A stretch of 64,000 nucleotides of DNA. Source: Escherichia coli (GTDB lineage Bacteria; Pseudomonadota; Gammaproteobacteria; Enterobacterales; Enterobacteriaceae). The position numbers and the translations under genes were made by a program. Positions within the stretch are counted from its first letter, which is position 1. Each line of letters begins with the position of its first letter. Shown here piece by piece: positions 32,258 through 43,320 of this stretch. Location: the NCBI RefSeq assembly GCF_003790525.1, contig NZ_CP033635.1. One strand, 5' to 3'. The notes beneath the pieces are model-generated. The model was not told where the DNA came from, searched no databases, and saw nothing but the letters and a program-made list of their open reading frames with translations.

Positions 32258-33592
32258 TCAGAACATACTCACCACAAGAAATCCCAGAAGCACTGAGAAA
32301 GCAATAGCCAGTACACCCGGAATAAAGAAAGCATGGTTGAACACATACTTACCAATACGGGTCGTTCCTGTGTCATCCATTTGCACCGCCCCCAGAAGGG
32401 TTGGGTAAGTTGGTAACACAAATAAAGCAGACACAGCAGCAAAAGAAGCTACCAGCATGTAACTGTCATCCGGATTCGCTGCAGTAATACCCAATGCAGT
32501 CACAATAGCCGGAGTGATAGCTTTGGCAGTTGCAGCCTGTGAATACAGAAGCATCGCAGCCAGGAAAAATACCACAGCCAGAAGAGCTGGATACTGGGAT
32601 ACAGTAGTTCTGGCAAGCTCCTTAATTTCTCCTGAATGACCAGATACAAAAGTGTCCCCCAACCATGCCACACCCAGTACACAGATACAGGCAACCATGC
32701 CTGACTTGAACACAGAGGAGTCCGCAATCTTGTTTATATCTGCTTTACAGAAAAGGGTAATGAATCCGCCAACCAGTAGCATGAGACTCATAATAGCCGC
32801 ATCACGACTAACAACAACGTTATCAATCAGACCCAGCGTCGGGCTAATGGCCGAAGCGTAAAGGACCACCAGGATGACGCCAATAAGGAAAATTGCGACA
32901 GATCGTCTGGCATAAGGCTTGAGCTGTTTGTTAACACTCTTTACTGGCGCGCTTACGAGTCCTTTGGAAAGACGCTCCCGGTAAACCGGATCATTGTCTA
33001 ATTTCATGTCAGAAATCAGACTGATTATAAATGCGGTAAGCATGCAACCAACGAATGTGGTAAACAACCATATCCCAAGCAATACTGGATAACTCCACCC
33101 AAAGCCTTCCAGTACGCCAGACATATAGATAACGGCAGCCGATACAGGTGATGCTGTAATTGCAATTTGAGATGATACAACCGCAATTGAGAGCGGACAT
33201 GAGGGCTTAATGTTTTGTTCTTTGGAAACTTCGACAATTACAGGGATCATTGAAAATGCAGTATGTCCCGTACCGGCAAAGATTGTCAGCACATAAGTGA
33301 CAACCGGAGCCAGGTAATTAATATATTTTGGATTTTTACGAAGAATTCGTTCAGCGACCTGAACGAGATAGTCCAGTCCTCCCGCCAGTTGCATGGCCGA
33401 AATAGCAGAAATTACCGATGCAATAATTAGAATCACATCCCAGGGGATATTACCAGGCTTCATATCCAGACAAAGCCCCAGAATCAATACCCCAATGCCA
33501 CCGGCATAACCAATACCAATCCCGCCCATACGGACACCCAAAAAGATTGCCCCCAGCAGAACCACTATCTGAAGAACAGTGATAATATCCAT
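32258..33592 (-). CDS. DcuA-family anaerobic C4-dicarboxylate transporter paralog, downstream of the AspA-like gene
   Basis: 444 aa ORF; N-terminus closely parallels DcuA (…GNIPWDVILIIASVISAISAMQLAGGLDYLV…). Confidence 0.85.
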   Translation of the reverse strand: MDIITVLQIVVLLGAIFLGVRMGGIGIGYAGGIGVLILGLCLDMKPGNIPWDVILIIASVISAISAMQLAGGLDYLVQVAERILRKNPKYINYLAPVVTYVLTIFAGTGHTAFSMIPVIVEVSKEQNIKPSCPLSIAVVSSQIAITASPVSAAVIYMSGVLEGFGWSYPVLLGIWLFTTFVGCMLTAFIISLISDMKLDNDPVYRERLSKGLVSAPVKSVNKQLKPYARRSVAIFLIGVILVVLYASAISPTLGLIDNVVVSRDAAIMSLMLLVGGFITLFCKADINKIADSSVFKSGMVACICVLGVAWLGDTFVSGHSGEIKELARTTVSQYPALLAVVFFLAAMLLYSQAATAKAITPAIVTALGITAANPDDSYMLVASFAAVSALFVLPTYPTLLGAVQMDDTGTTRIGKYVFNHAFFIPGVLAIAFSVLLGFLVVSMF

Positions 33593-33747
33593 GATTCTCT
33601 CCCGAATTAGTGAGACACCTTTACCCCTGAGCTCCTCTCAACAAAGGCCTTATGGAATGTATTTTTACAAACATCCGGGCAGAGGACTGATACGTTTTCA
33701 TTCGCGCCATCCCCTGCCGGATCTCCCTTCTTACAGATTCTGAACAA

Positions 33748-35148
33748 TTATTGTTCGAACTTCGGAGCAATCAGATTATCCAGATTGAATGTCTTCTCCC
33801 ATTCTTCCTGTGTGAGTAGCTTACGTTCGACAACCACTATCTGATGGAGGGATTTGCCTGTATGGTATGCTTCGTGCGCCATTTCAGAACACACCTTATA
33901 TCCCAGATGTGGCTTCAGGAGAGTCACAATACCGCAGGAATGCATTACCATCTCTGCAGTTCGATCGGAATTAGCTGTAATGCCATCAATGCATTTAGTT
34001 CGGAGTGTGTTACAGGCATTCGTCATCACCTTGAGTGAGGTGAACAGCGCAAAGGTGATGACCGGCTCCATAACGTTAAGCTCAAGCTGACCAGCAGATG
34101 CCGCCAGCATCACTGTGGTGTCCAGCCCCTGAACCAGGAAGCAAGACTGGTTTGTTACTTCCGGGATAACGGGGTTAACCTTACCAGGCATAATGGAAGA
34201 ACCCGGTTGCAATTGAGGCAGGTTAATTTCAGCCAGGCCGCAACGGGGGCCTGAAGCAAGCAGTCGAATGTCATTACAAACCTTGGTAAGCTTCACAGAG
34301 AGGCTCTTCATGGCCGAACTGAGTGCAACATATGCACCACAGTCGCTTGTGGCAGCGATGAGATCTTCACTGTTCCTGAAATTAATGCCTGTGATCTGGG
34401 CCAGATATTTCACGGCTAAAGCGGGATAATCCGGGTGAGCGGTAACACAGGTACCAATCGCAGTAGCACCAAGGTTTACAACCCGCAGGTGTTCCTGTGC
34501 ATTACGGATGACCCGAATTTCATCATTAATTGTAAAACCCCAGCCATGGAACTCCTGGCCGAGAGTCATTGGCACTGCATCCTGCAGGTGAGTACGTCCC
34601 ATCTTGAGCACTGTGCTGAACTCGTCAGCCTTTTTGTAGAATGCTCCTACGAGGTGTTCAACAGCTTCAAGCAATACATTGCTTCGCAGCAGCAATGCCA
34701 GATGTAATGCTGTCGGATATGTATCATTGGTGGACTGACCAAAATTAGCATGGTCGTTTGGCGAAACGCGTTTGTAATCCCCTTTAACGCTACCAAGTTT
34801 TTCTGCAGCAAGATTACAAATCACTTCATTGCAGTTCATATTGGTTGACGTTCCGGCTCCCCCCTGAAGCCAGTCGGTCACAAACTGTTCCCGGTACTTA
34901 CCATCAATTAATTGGTCGCAAGCCCAGATTAAAGCATCCGCAACATCAGCAGGAATTGTACCTAACTCCTTATTAGCCATCGCAGCTGCTTTTTTCACAT
35001 AACCGAAGGCAATGATGAAGAAGGGCTCCTGACTCATTGGCATTTCAGTAATATGGAAATTATCCTCACCACGAAGTGTCTGAACACCATAATAGCAATC
35101 ATCCGGAACTTCACGCTCACCAAGGAAATCGCTTTCAATACGAGACAT
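33748..35148 (-). CDS. aspartate ammonia-lyase-family enzyme (AspA paralog), copy 1
   Basis: 466 aa ORF with fumarate-lyase signature GSSIMPGKVNPV; gene order lyase then Dcu transporter mirrors aspA-dcuA. Confidence 0.85.
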   Translation of the reverse strand: MSRIESDFLGEREVPDDCYYGVQTLRGEDNFHITEMPMSQEPFFIIAFGYVKKAAAMANKELGTIPADVADALIWACDQLIDGKYREQFVTDWLQGGAGTSTNMNCNEVICNLAAEKLGSVKGDYKRVSPNDHANFGQSTNDTYPTALHLALLLRSNVLLEAVEHLVGAFYKKADEFSTVLKMGRTHLQDAVPMTLGQEFHGWGFTINDEIRVIRNAQEHLRVVNLGATAIGTCVTAHPDYPALAVKYLAQITGINFRNSEDLIAATSDCGAYVALSSAMKSLSVKLTKVCNDIRLLASGPRCGLAEINLPQLQPGSSIMPGKVNPVIPEVTNQSCFLVQGLDTTVMLAASAGQLELNVMEPVITFALFTSLKVMTNACNTLRTKCIDGITANSDRTAEMVMHSCGIVTLLKPHLGYKVCSEMAHEAYHTGKSLHQIVVVERKLLTQEEWEKTFNLDNLIAPKFEQ

Positions 35149-36013
35149 AATTTTCTAACTCCATTTTTCGAAAACAATGTGACAATAACAAATTGTTTTC
35201 ATAAAACACTTATCCAACATTAAGAATGAATACTTATAATCACCAGATGACATAACCATTACCATCTAATGGAATATATTTAAACTAATAAGATAAACTT
35301 AAAACGTGATATCAAGCACATTTTTATAACGTTAAAATTAGTGGGTTATTTAGCAATCAAATATAACCAGTAAAAGCCCGAAATATGCAGATAACGCTGC
35401 ACTAATATGATTAAGATCAAAAAAAACAATTCCGCAATCAAACTTATTATTAATGCTGATTTTTTAAATCATGATTAAGTAGAACTATTTTATAATAGCA
35501 TCCCGGTTTGGTCACATCCTTCAGAAAAACAACCTGTTTACCACCATAGAAAATCTATATCTCTGCTAGGTTTTCCAGCGTTGTAGATATAGTCACTCAT
35601 GGTGATTCTTATTAAGATAAGAGTTTTTACACGGGAATGTTATTGCACTTCTAATTGATAAATCTTGGAATAGAGTAGAAAACGTAATGTTTCCACTCCA
35701 TCTTCCGCTTTAATGGTTTGTAATTTGAGTTAGATCATGGATTTTAACATCCATTATGATTAATTATTTTTAGATGATTTGATCACTAAATCGTCTTTCA
35801 GGGTGTAACGGCATTAATCATCACAAGCTAAAAAAACGCCATACTGTAATGGAGTCTGTATTTTATGTTCAATCATGCAAAGGCTCTTCATAATTATCAT
35901 TTCTCTCTTGGAAAAATGACAGCCTGAACATAGCATAAATTCACGTTCTTCAGAGTCAGAAGGTGTTAATAAACTGTCCCTAAAATCTGGAAAATGTTGA
36001 AGAAGGCATCTCA

Positions 36014-37270
36014 ATGGATATTGTCGAACGCTTTATCAATTATACAAAAATTAATACCACTACCTCACGAGAAAACGGCGCAAAAGGGATCATGCCTTCA
36101 TCTCCTGGTCAGATGAAACTTGCGAAATTGTTGGTGAGTGAACTTGAAGCATTGGGTATGGAGGATATTATTCTCAGAGAGAATGCTATCGTAACAGCAA
36201 CACTCCCTGCAAATACTGACGAAACAATCCCCGTCGTTTCCTTTTTTGGACATCTGGACACCAGTGCCGAACAGACAGCCGATACAAAAGCGCAACGATT
36301 ACCTTATAATGGGGGCGATCTCTGTCTGAACCCTGAACTGAATATTTATTTGCGTGAGAGTGAATTCCCGGAGCTCAAAAATTATATTGGCGATGACCTT
36401 ATAGTGACAGATGGTACCAGCCTTCTGGGGGCCGATGATAAAGCGGCGCTGGCGGCCATAATGAACGCACTTCAATTTCTGATTTCTCATCCTGAAATCA
36501 GGCATGGAGAAGTTAAAGTTGGGTTTGTGCCAGATGAAGAGCAGGGGTTACGGGGGGCCAAAGCCTTCGATGTTTCAGAGTTTGGCGCAGATTTTGGCTA
36601 CACTCTGGATTGCTGCGGTATTGGAGAATTTGTTTACGAAAACTGGAATGCGGGTGATGCAGAAATTATCTTTACCGGCCAGTCTGCACACCCTATGTCA
36701 GCGAAAGGCAAGCTTAAGAACTCTCTTTTGATGGCTCACAAATTCATTTCGATGTTGCCAGGAGGAGAAGCGCCTGAATATACAGAAGGACGCGAAGGCT
36801 ATTATTGGGTGAAACAGTTACAGGGAAACAGTGCCAGAACTGTACTAAAACTGGATATACGAGATTTCAGCGAGGAAGGATATCACGCCCGGAAGACATT
36901 TGTACGCCAGCTTGCAGAAAGTGCTTGTGCATTATGGGGAGAAGGAAGCGTGATCTGCCAACTGAGCGATCGGTACGCCAATGTCTTTAACAGTCTGCAG
37001 GGAGAGGGGCATTATCCCATCGACATTGCCCTGCGAGCTTACCAACGATGTGGTATTACTCCGACACCGGTGGCGATGCGTGGAGGATATGATGGCGCTG
37101 TTCTTTCACAAAAAGGATTACCCTGCCCGAACATTTTTACCGGCGCACATAATTTCCATTCTATCTATGAATATCTTCCAGTCCGTTCACTTCGGGCGGC
37201 AAGTGATGTGGTTATTGCCATCATTCAGGAGACATTCAATGGGTTCACCACAGGGAATCGTGAGTCATGA
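36014..37270 (+). CDS. peptidase T-like M20-family peptidase
   Basis: 418 aa ORF; HLDTS, GADDKAA and FVPDEE metal-ligand motifs. Confidence 0.75.
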   Translation: MDIVERFINYTKINTTTSRENGAKGIMPSSPGQMKLAKLLVSELEALGMEDIILRENAIVTATLPANTDETIPVVSFFGHLDTSAEQTADTKAQRLPYNGGDLCLNPELNIYLRESEFPELKNYIGDDLIVTDGTSLLGADDKAALAAIMNALQFLISHPEIRHGEVKVGFVPDEEQGLRGAKAFDVSEFGADFGYTLDCCGIGEFVYENWNAGDAEIIFTGQSAHPMSAKGKLKNSLLMAHKFISMLPGGEAPEYTEGREGYYWVKQLQGNSARTVLKLDIRDFSEEGYHARKTFVRQLAESACALWGEGSVICQLSDRYANVFNSLQGEGHYPIDIALRAYQRCGITPTPVAMRGGYDGAVLSQKGLPCPNIFTGAHNFHSIYEYLPVRSLRAASDVVIAIIQETFNGFTTGNRES

Positions 37271-38628
37271 TTAAAGTTGTTATCGCGCTTCTTGTTATCG
37301 TGATAGTTGCTCGCTTAATCCTGAAAGGATATCGTGCAGAACCCGTGCTTTTTATTGCCGGGCTTGCGCTGATGGTTTGTACCTGGTTTACCGGTTGGGG
37401 CACAGTGTTACCGAAGGGCGTGTCCGGTACAGGAATTAGTTTTCTTGATCCTTTCGAAGTCATGCGCAATTTATTCAGTACCCGTGCGGCTGATCTCGGT
37501 CTGATGATTATGACCCTGATGGGATTTGCGCATTACATGGACCATATCGGTGCGAATGAAGCGGTTGTCCGTGTGGTAACCCGGCCATTACGGACATTAC
37601 GTTCCCCCTATGTTCTGCTTTTTTTCTCTTATCTTTTCGCCAGTCTTCTTCAACTGGCTATCCCCTCAGCTACCGGACTTGCTGTTTTACTGATGGGAAC
37701 CATGTTTCCTATTATGCTCGGACTCGGGCTGTCAGCAGCGTCTGCCGCAGGGGTAATTGCCACCTCTCTTGGTGTGGCGTACACACCGACAGCCATTGAC
37801 GCCATACGAGGCTCTGAAGCGGTAAATATGGATGTGGTGGAGTATGTTGTCTATCATCAGGGGCCTGCTGCTCTGGCGACTGTTCTGATTGTCGGTATCA
37901 GCCACTTTTTCTGGCAGAAACACTGTGATCGTAAAGCTGGAACATTACCTCATGAAATTGGTACGACAACGGTCATAAAAGCAGGCAGTACGCCGGCTTA
38001 TTATGCTCTGCTACCTATGCTACCGATCCTGATGGCCGTTGGCTCATCGGAGATTTTTGTCACCGGAATTAATCTCAATATCATTACGATTGTTCTTATC
38101 TCAATGGCAATTTGCATGCTGATCGAATGGGTCCGTAAATGTGATCTGAAAGCTGTATGTGACGGGTTTACCCATTTCCTGAAAGGAATGGGGACAGCAT
38201 TTACCGGCGTGGTGGGCTTACTGGTGGCCGCAGGTGTGTTTGCTCATGGGATTAAAAGCATTGGCGCGATAGATCAATTAATTTTGATGGCAGAGCACGT
38301 TGGGTTACCCCCTTTTGCGATGGGCATCGTTTTTGCTCTGGTTACACTGGCTGCAGCTGTCATTATGGGATCGGGCAATGCGCCATTTCTGGCTTTTGTT
38401 GAACTGATACCACAAATCGCTGCCAGCATGGGCGTGAATGCCATATCGATGATCCTGCCTATGCAGCAGGCTTCCCATATGGGGCGTGCGATGTCTCCCG
38501 TATCTGGCGTGGTTATAGCGGTTTCCAGTGGAGCAAATATAACTCCCTTCGAAGTGGTAAAACGCACTGCTTTACCCCTGATAGTTGGTTTTGTTTTTCA
38601 CTCTGCGATTATCGGTATTTTTTATTAA
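37267..38628 (+). CDS. DcuC-family C4-dicarboxylate transporter paralog
   Basis: 453 aa multi-[19 protein letters not shown] and [10 protein letters not shown]…SPFEVVKRT motifs; start overlaps the peptidase stop. Confidence 0.8.
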   Translation: MIKVVIALLVIVIVARLILKGYRAEPVLFIAGLALMVCTWFTGWGTVLPKGVSGTGISFLDPFEVMRNLFSTRAADLGLMIMTLMGFAHYMDHIGANEAVVRVVTRPLRTLRSPYVLLFFSYLFASLLQLAIPSATGLAVLLMGTMFPIMLGLGLSAASAAGVIATSLGVAYTPTAIDAIRGSEAVNMDVVEYVVYHQGPAALATVLIVGISHFFWQKHCDRKAGTLPHEIGTTTVIKAGSTPAYYALLPMLPILMAVGSSEIFVTGINLNIITIVLISMAICMLIEWVRKCDLKAVCDGFTHFLKGMGTAFTGVVGLLVAAGVFAHGIKSIGAIDQLILMAEHVGLPPFAMGIVFALVTLAAAVIMGSGNAPFLAFVELIPQIAASMGVNAISMILPMQQASHMGRAMSPVSGVVIAVSSGANITPFEVVKRTALPLIVGFVFHSAIIGIFY

Positions 38629-38818
38629 CTTGTTTTAGATTGTCATCCTCCACGCCCAGAAGGATGTGGATTCCTGCTAATCAGGCTATTGCCGGAATCA
38701 TTTCGGTGGGCTCCTGCTTAAACAAAAGGCCTGACTGCACCATCTCTTTACAGGCAAGTACGGCGTGCCCTGCAGCTAAAATATTACGGGTGCCGTTTAC
38801 ATCGGCGCTCGCTGCATA

Positions 38819-39900
38819 TGTGCGCCGGGCATGGCGCGTAGCGCCGTGACTGGCGCTGTTCTTCAACTGTGGTGGCTGAAGAACGACTAAGAGGTGAAAG
38901 TCCTCCACACACCCGGTGAGGGGAAGTGTTAGCGGAAGGCAAGGGTGTTCATCGCGAGGTGAAATCTGAAGGAAGCCGGATGCAAAATGCTGGCCTGACG
39001 AACAGGAAGCGGTTAAGGCGGCGCAGCAGGGTAAGGTGGCACAAATCACCAAAGCCCGATACTCACACGGAACGCTGTGACGTAAAGCCGACAGGCATAA
39101 GCAGGAAAGTCGCGTGAATTACCCCGGGAGATCTGTCGCCCTGCCAGTGTGCTACCGGTGCCGTGAGGCGCCGGGATGGGGCGGCAGAAGTCAGCCGACG
39201 CCGTAGTAGTGCTGCAAAACCGGCAGCATGAAGGGCCGAACATGATTAACTGTGATTAGGACATCCGAACCCGATGATGATTAATGAAGCACACGCGCAG
39301 GCAACTGCGGCCAGCGGCAGAGGAGACGGACAGTATCCGTCAGGGCTGCATGATGGCGCTGAAATCAGCACGGCGGCGGGTGGGCAAACGAAAGCGGAAG
39401 TGCCGCTGACGATGGAAGCGGTGATAACGAGAGAAAACCTGATGCTGGCTTATCAGCGCGTGGTGGAAAACAAAGGTGTGTCGGAGTTGAAACCGTGGCT
39501 GAAGAAGAACTGGCGCAGCGTATGGCAGGTATTGATTGACGGAAACTACCAGCCGCGGGCAATACGCCGGATGGATATCCCGAAGCCGGATGGCGGCGTG
39601 AGAACCTTAGGCATCCCGACGGTGGTGGACAGGCTTATCCAGCAGGCGATAGCGCAGCAGTTAAGCGCCATCGTGGACACAGCTTCTGCCGCTACGCAGA
39701 CGACTGCAACATCTACGTAAGCAGCCGGAAAGCGGGCGACCATCTGCTGAAGGACATCAGGGCGTTCGTGGAGAGCAAACTGAAACAGAAGGTGAATGAG
39801 AAGAAGAGCGCGGTGGCGCGCCCGTGGGAGCGGAAGTTGTGGGCTGACAGTGACGGACCGTGCTGCTTCACCAAACGCCTTGGACGGCAGGCGGAACTTG
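38819..39900 (+). mobile_element. truncated group II intron: GUGCG 5' end, structured GC-rich domain I region and a degraded intron-encoded reverse transcriptase
   Basis: GTGCGCCGGGCATGGCGCG… at 38819; ORF 39274..39720 has RT domain 0-2 residues (IPKPDGGVRTLGIPTVVDRLIQQAIAQ); a YADD motif appears out of frame downstream. Confidence 0.6.
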
Positions 39901-40243
39901 GATCGTTACGTACTTGAAAAGTGGATCAACAAGAGGGTTCAACGAGACTGGGGAGTTATATTTCTTTCTCAAGGTCCGGCATTTATCTCTTCCACATGAA
40001 ATCTCGATATAAAGTCAGACACGGATGTCCTACTGAAAGCGGGGGGAAGTATGGTGATAGAGGTCAGCGGGAACCTATCCATAAAAGTCACTCATTACAC
40101 TAAAAAATATGTGCATATTATTTGCGTGCAATTAAATTTTGCAAAATCGAATTAGCATAATTTTTTTTGATAGAAGTCAAATAAACATAATGGAAAAAGT
40201 TTAAATATTTATATTGTATAAACTTCAGACAAAAGGAGGAGTT

Positions 40244-41275
40244 ATGAATAAAATAAAAGGTATAACAGTAATGGCAGCCTTCGCATTGTGTATAGGATAT
40301 GCTCACGCTGAATCTCAAACGCCAATACGCCTTGTAATTCATGGTGGAGCTGGCACCATAACAAAAGATACTATTACACCTGAACAAGAAAAACAATACA
40401 GAGAAAAGTTAACAGATGCACTAAATGCTGGGTATGCTGTGCTTAATAGTGGAGGAAGTAGCCTTGATGCTGTTCAGCGTGCAATTAATGTTATGGAGGA
40501 CTCTCCCCTCTTCAATGCTGGAAAAGGCGCTGTCTTTACTCATGATGGCAAAAACGAACTTGATGCTGCAATTATGGATGGAAAAACCAAAATGGCCGGA
40601 GCCGTTGCAGGAGTGACGACCATAAAAAACCCTATAAACGCTGCTTATGCAGTTATGACTAAAAGCCCTCATGTATTAATGATCTCTAATGGTGCGGAAC
40701 TATTTGCAAAAGAGCAAGGCTTAGTTATGGTTGAGCCAGCATATTTCAAAACTGATTTCCGTTGGCAACAGCTACAGAACGCTTTAAAAGACGAAAAAAT
40801 AACCCTTGATCATAATGGTAAATCAGCATCTCTTTTACTCCCCCCAAAGAACTACGACTATAAATATGGAACTGTTGGAGCAGTCGCGTTGGACAAAGAT
40901 GGTAATCTGGCAGCTGGAACATCAACAGGAGGTATGACAAATAAACGTTACGGACGCGTAGGTGACTCGCCAATAATTGGAGCAGGAACCTATGCCGATA
41001 ATAATACCGTTGCTGTTTCTGCTACAGGTACTGGAGAAATGTTTATTAGAACTTCAACTGCATACAATATTGCTGCTCAGGTGAAATATAAAAATACACC
41101 ATTGAAAGAAGCAGCTCAAAATGCGCTTGATGAAGTTAAAAACATTAATGGTAGTGGTGGTGTCATTGTTCTAGATAAGAATGGTAATTATACTATGAGT
41201 TTCAATACAGAAGGGATGTATCGTGGAACTATCGGCAACGATGGTAAAGCTATCGTATCAATTTATGAACAATAG
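40244..41275 (+). CDS. secreted plant-type asparaginase / isoaspartyl peptidase (Ntn hydrolase)
   Basis: ORF 40214..41275; signal peptide after MNKIKG; GGAGT…TSTGGM…GDSPIIGAG motifs; AGGAGG before the ATG at 40244. Confidence 0.8.
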   Translation: MNKIKGITVMAAFALCIGYAHAESQTPIRLVIHGGAGTITKDTITPEQEKQYREKLTDALNAGYAVLNSGGSSLDAVQRAINVMEDSPLFNAGKGAVFTHDGKNELDAAIMDGKTKMAGAVAGVTTIKNPINAAYAVMTKSPHVLMISNGAELFAKEQGLVMVEPAYFKTDFRWQQLQNALKDEKITLDHNGKSASLLLPPKNYDYKYGTVGAVALDKDGNLAAGTSTGGMTNKRYGRVGDSPIIGAGTYADNNTVAVSATGTGEMFIRTSTAYNIAAQVKYKNTPLKEAAQNALDEVKNINGSGGVIVLDKNGNYTMSFNTEGMYRGTIGNDGKAIVSIYEQ

Positions 41276-41612
41276 ATAAAATATTTTATACATCGTCTTG
41301 CCCTTAAGGCCCATTTTAAAAGCGGGCCTTTATTTAATAAATATTCTTAACGCCTCCTTATTTCACAGCTAAAAGAAGAGTAATTCTTAGACTCATTAAC
41401 CGTCTCTCTACCGAGACGCTTACCCATATCCAGCCCGTACCCTGCAGAAATACCGCGATGTATAGCGTTTCTGTGTCATGGTGAAAAGTACAGGAGGAAA
41501 TTATAAATTCTGGGAATATCCCTGGTTATAACATTTTGTAATACATTAAGTGATATCATTATTTATGATGTAAAAAGGGGCCTGCAATAGCCCCTGAAAA
41601 ATCAGAAAACCT

Positions 41613-41891
41613 TCATTTTATACCTGCAGCGCTCATTGACTGCCGCAGTGCATCCAGTCCTTGCTTACAGGCCATATCCTGACTGGCGTCAGGTAAAGCT
41701 GCAATTTGTTTTCGGGATTGTTCATATTGCTGTTTCAGCGTATTAACCTGTGCTTCTGGTGTTCCCATTTCCTTCATCTTTGCTACAAAATTATCGATTT
41801 CTTTATAATACTCTTCACATGCCGGAGTCAGTGCTGCACTGGCTGACATACTGAATAATACTGTAGTAAGTAAGACTGTAATTGTTTTCAT
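41613..41891 (-). CDS. small secreted protein of unknown function
   Basis: ORF 41613..41942; start taken at MKTITVLL; signal peptide and two cysteines. Confidence 0.45.
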   Translation of the reverse strand: MKTITVLLTTVLFSMSASAALTPACEEYYKEIDNFVAKMKEMGTPEAQVNTLKQQYEQSRKQIAALPDASQDMACKQGLDALRQSMSAAGIK

Positions 41892-42249
41892 AAATACACT
41901 CCTTTTTTGTACAAAAACACTCAACCTTCCTGAGAAGGCCATAAAAGCAGAATGTTATTGGAATATCAGCAAAACGAGTATTCCCACAGGTTTTTTCTTG
42001 GTATCAGAATTCTGGGATATAAATCCAGTAAATGATGGAGTAAGTCCGAAAGAATATGTGGTGTGATTACGGACTACCAGTAAATATTACTGATTTCATG
42101 CCATGAAAATACTCATTATAAAAAGCGCCTGTATGCTGCTTATAAAATATCAGAATCCGATGTGTCAAAATGTGATATATATTAAAAAATAAATAAGACT
42201 GACCCAATATACCAAAAGAGGATGACAGAAGTGAAGGATAACCGTATTA

Positions 42250-43320
42250 TTCTGGACCAGAAAGGAGCCTGTACATAGATTTGTGTAATTGCCTGATTTT
42301 GATATGTTCAATTCACCTTCAAATGAAGGTGAATTTATGGCCGACAAACAATTGCAGGCTCTGGCTAACGAACTGGCCAAAAATCTCAAAACTCCTGAAG
42401 ATCTCAGTCAGTTCGATCGCCTGCTCAAGAAAATCAAAGTTGAGGCTGCTCTCAACGCTGAACTGACTCACCATCTGGGACATGAAAAAAATCAACCCAA
42501 ATCGGGAACCAACTCCCGTAATGGCTATTCCACGAAAACCGTCCCACTACCGACGGGCCGATGGAATTACGTACTCCACGTGATCGTGATGGTTCCTTCG
42601 AACCACAACTGGTGAAGAAAAATAAGACCTGCATTATCGGCATGAACAACCAGATCCTGGCGCTGTATGCCAGAGGGATGACTACTCGCGAAATTACCTC
42701 AGTCTTCAAAGAAATGTACGATGCAGACGTTTCTCCGGCGCTGATATCGAAAATCACCGATGCCGTAATCGACCAGGTTGTAGAATGGCAAAACCGTCCT
42801 CTGGATGCGATTTATCCCATTGTTTATCTTGACTGTATTGTCCTGAAAGTACGGCAGGACAGCCGGGTTATCAGCAAAGCGGTGTTCCTGGCTCTGGGTA
42901 TTAACCTTGATGGTCAGAAAGAGCTGCCAGGTATGTGGCTGGCCGAAAATGAAGGTGCAAAGTTCTGGCTGAATGTACTGACGGAACTGAAAAATCGCGG
43001 CCTGAACGATATCCTTATCGCCTGCGTGGACGGCCTGAAAGGCTTCCCGGAAGCGATTAATGCCGTCTACCCGGAGACGCAGCTCCTGTTGTGCATAGTA
43101 CATATGGTACGCAACAGCCTGCGGTTAGGGCGTGGAAAGACTATAAAGCGGTAACCCGTGACCTGAAACAGGTTTACCACACAGCCACGGAAGAAGGCGC
43201 GTTGCAGGCGCTGGATGCGTTCGGGAAGGAATGGGATGCACGGTACCCGCAGATAAGTCGCAGCTGGCAGGCAAACTGGCCGAATGTTGCCACCTTCTTC
43301 GTGTACCCGGAGGCGAGCCG
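42250..43320 (+). mobile_element. IS256-family insertion-sequence remnant; transposase frameshifted and C-terminally truncated
   Basis: ORFs 42289..42615, 42561..43154 and the first part of 43091..44095 together give a mutator-type transposase (…IYPIVYLDCIVLKVRQD…WLNVLTELKNRG…). Confidence 0.75.
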
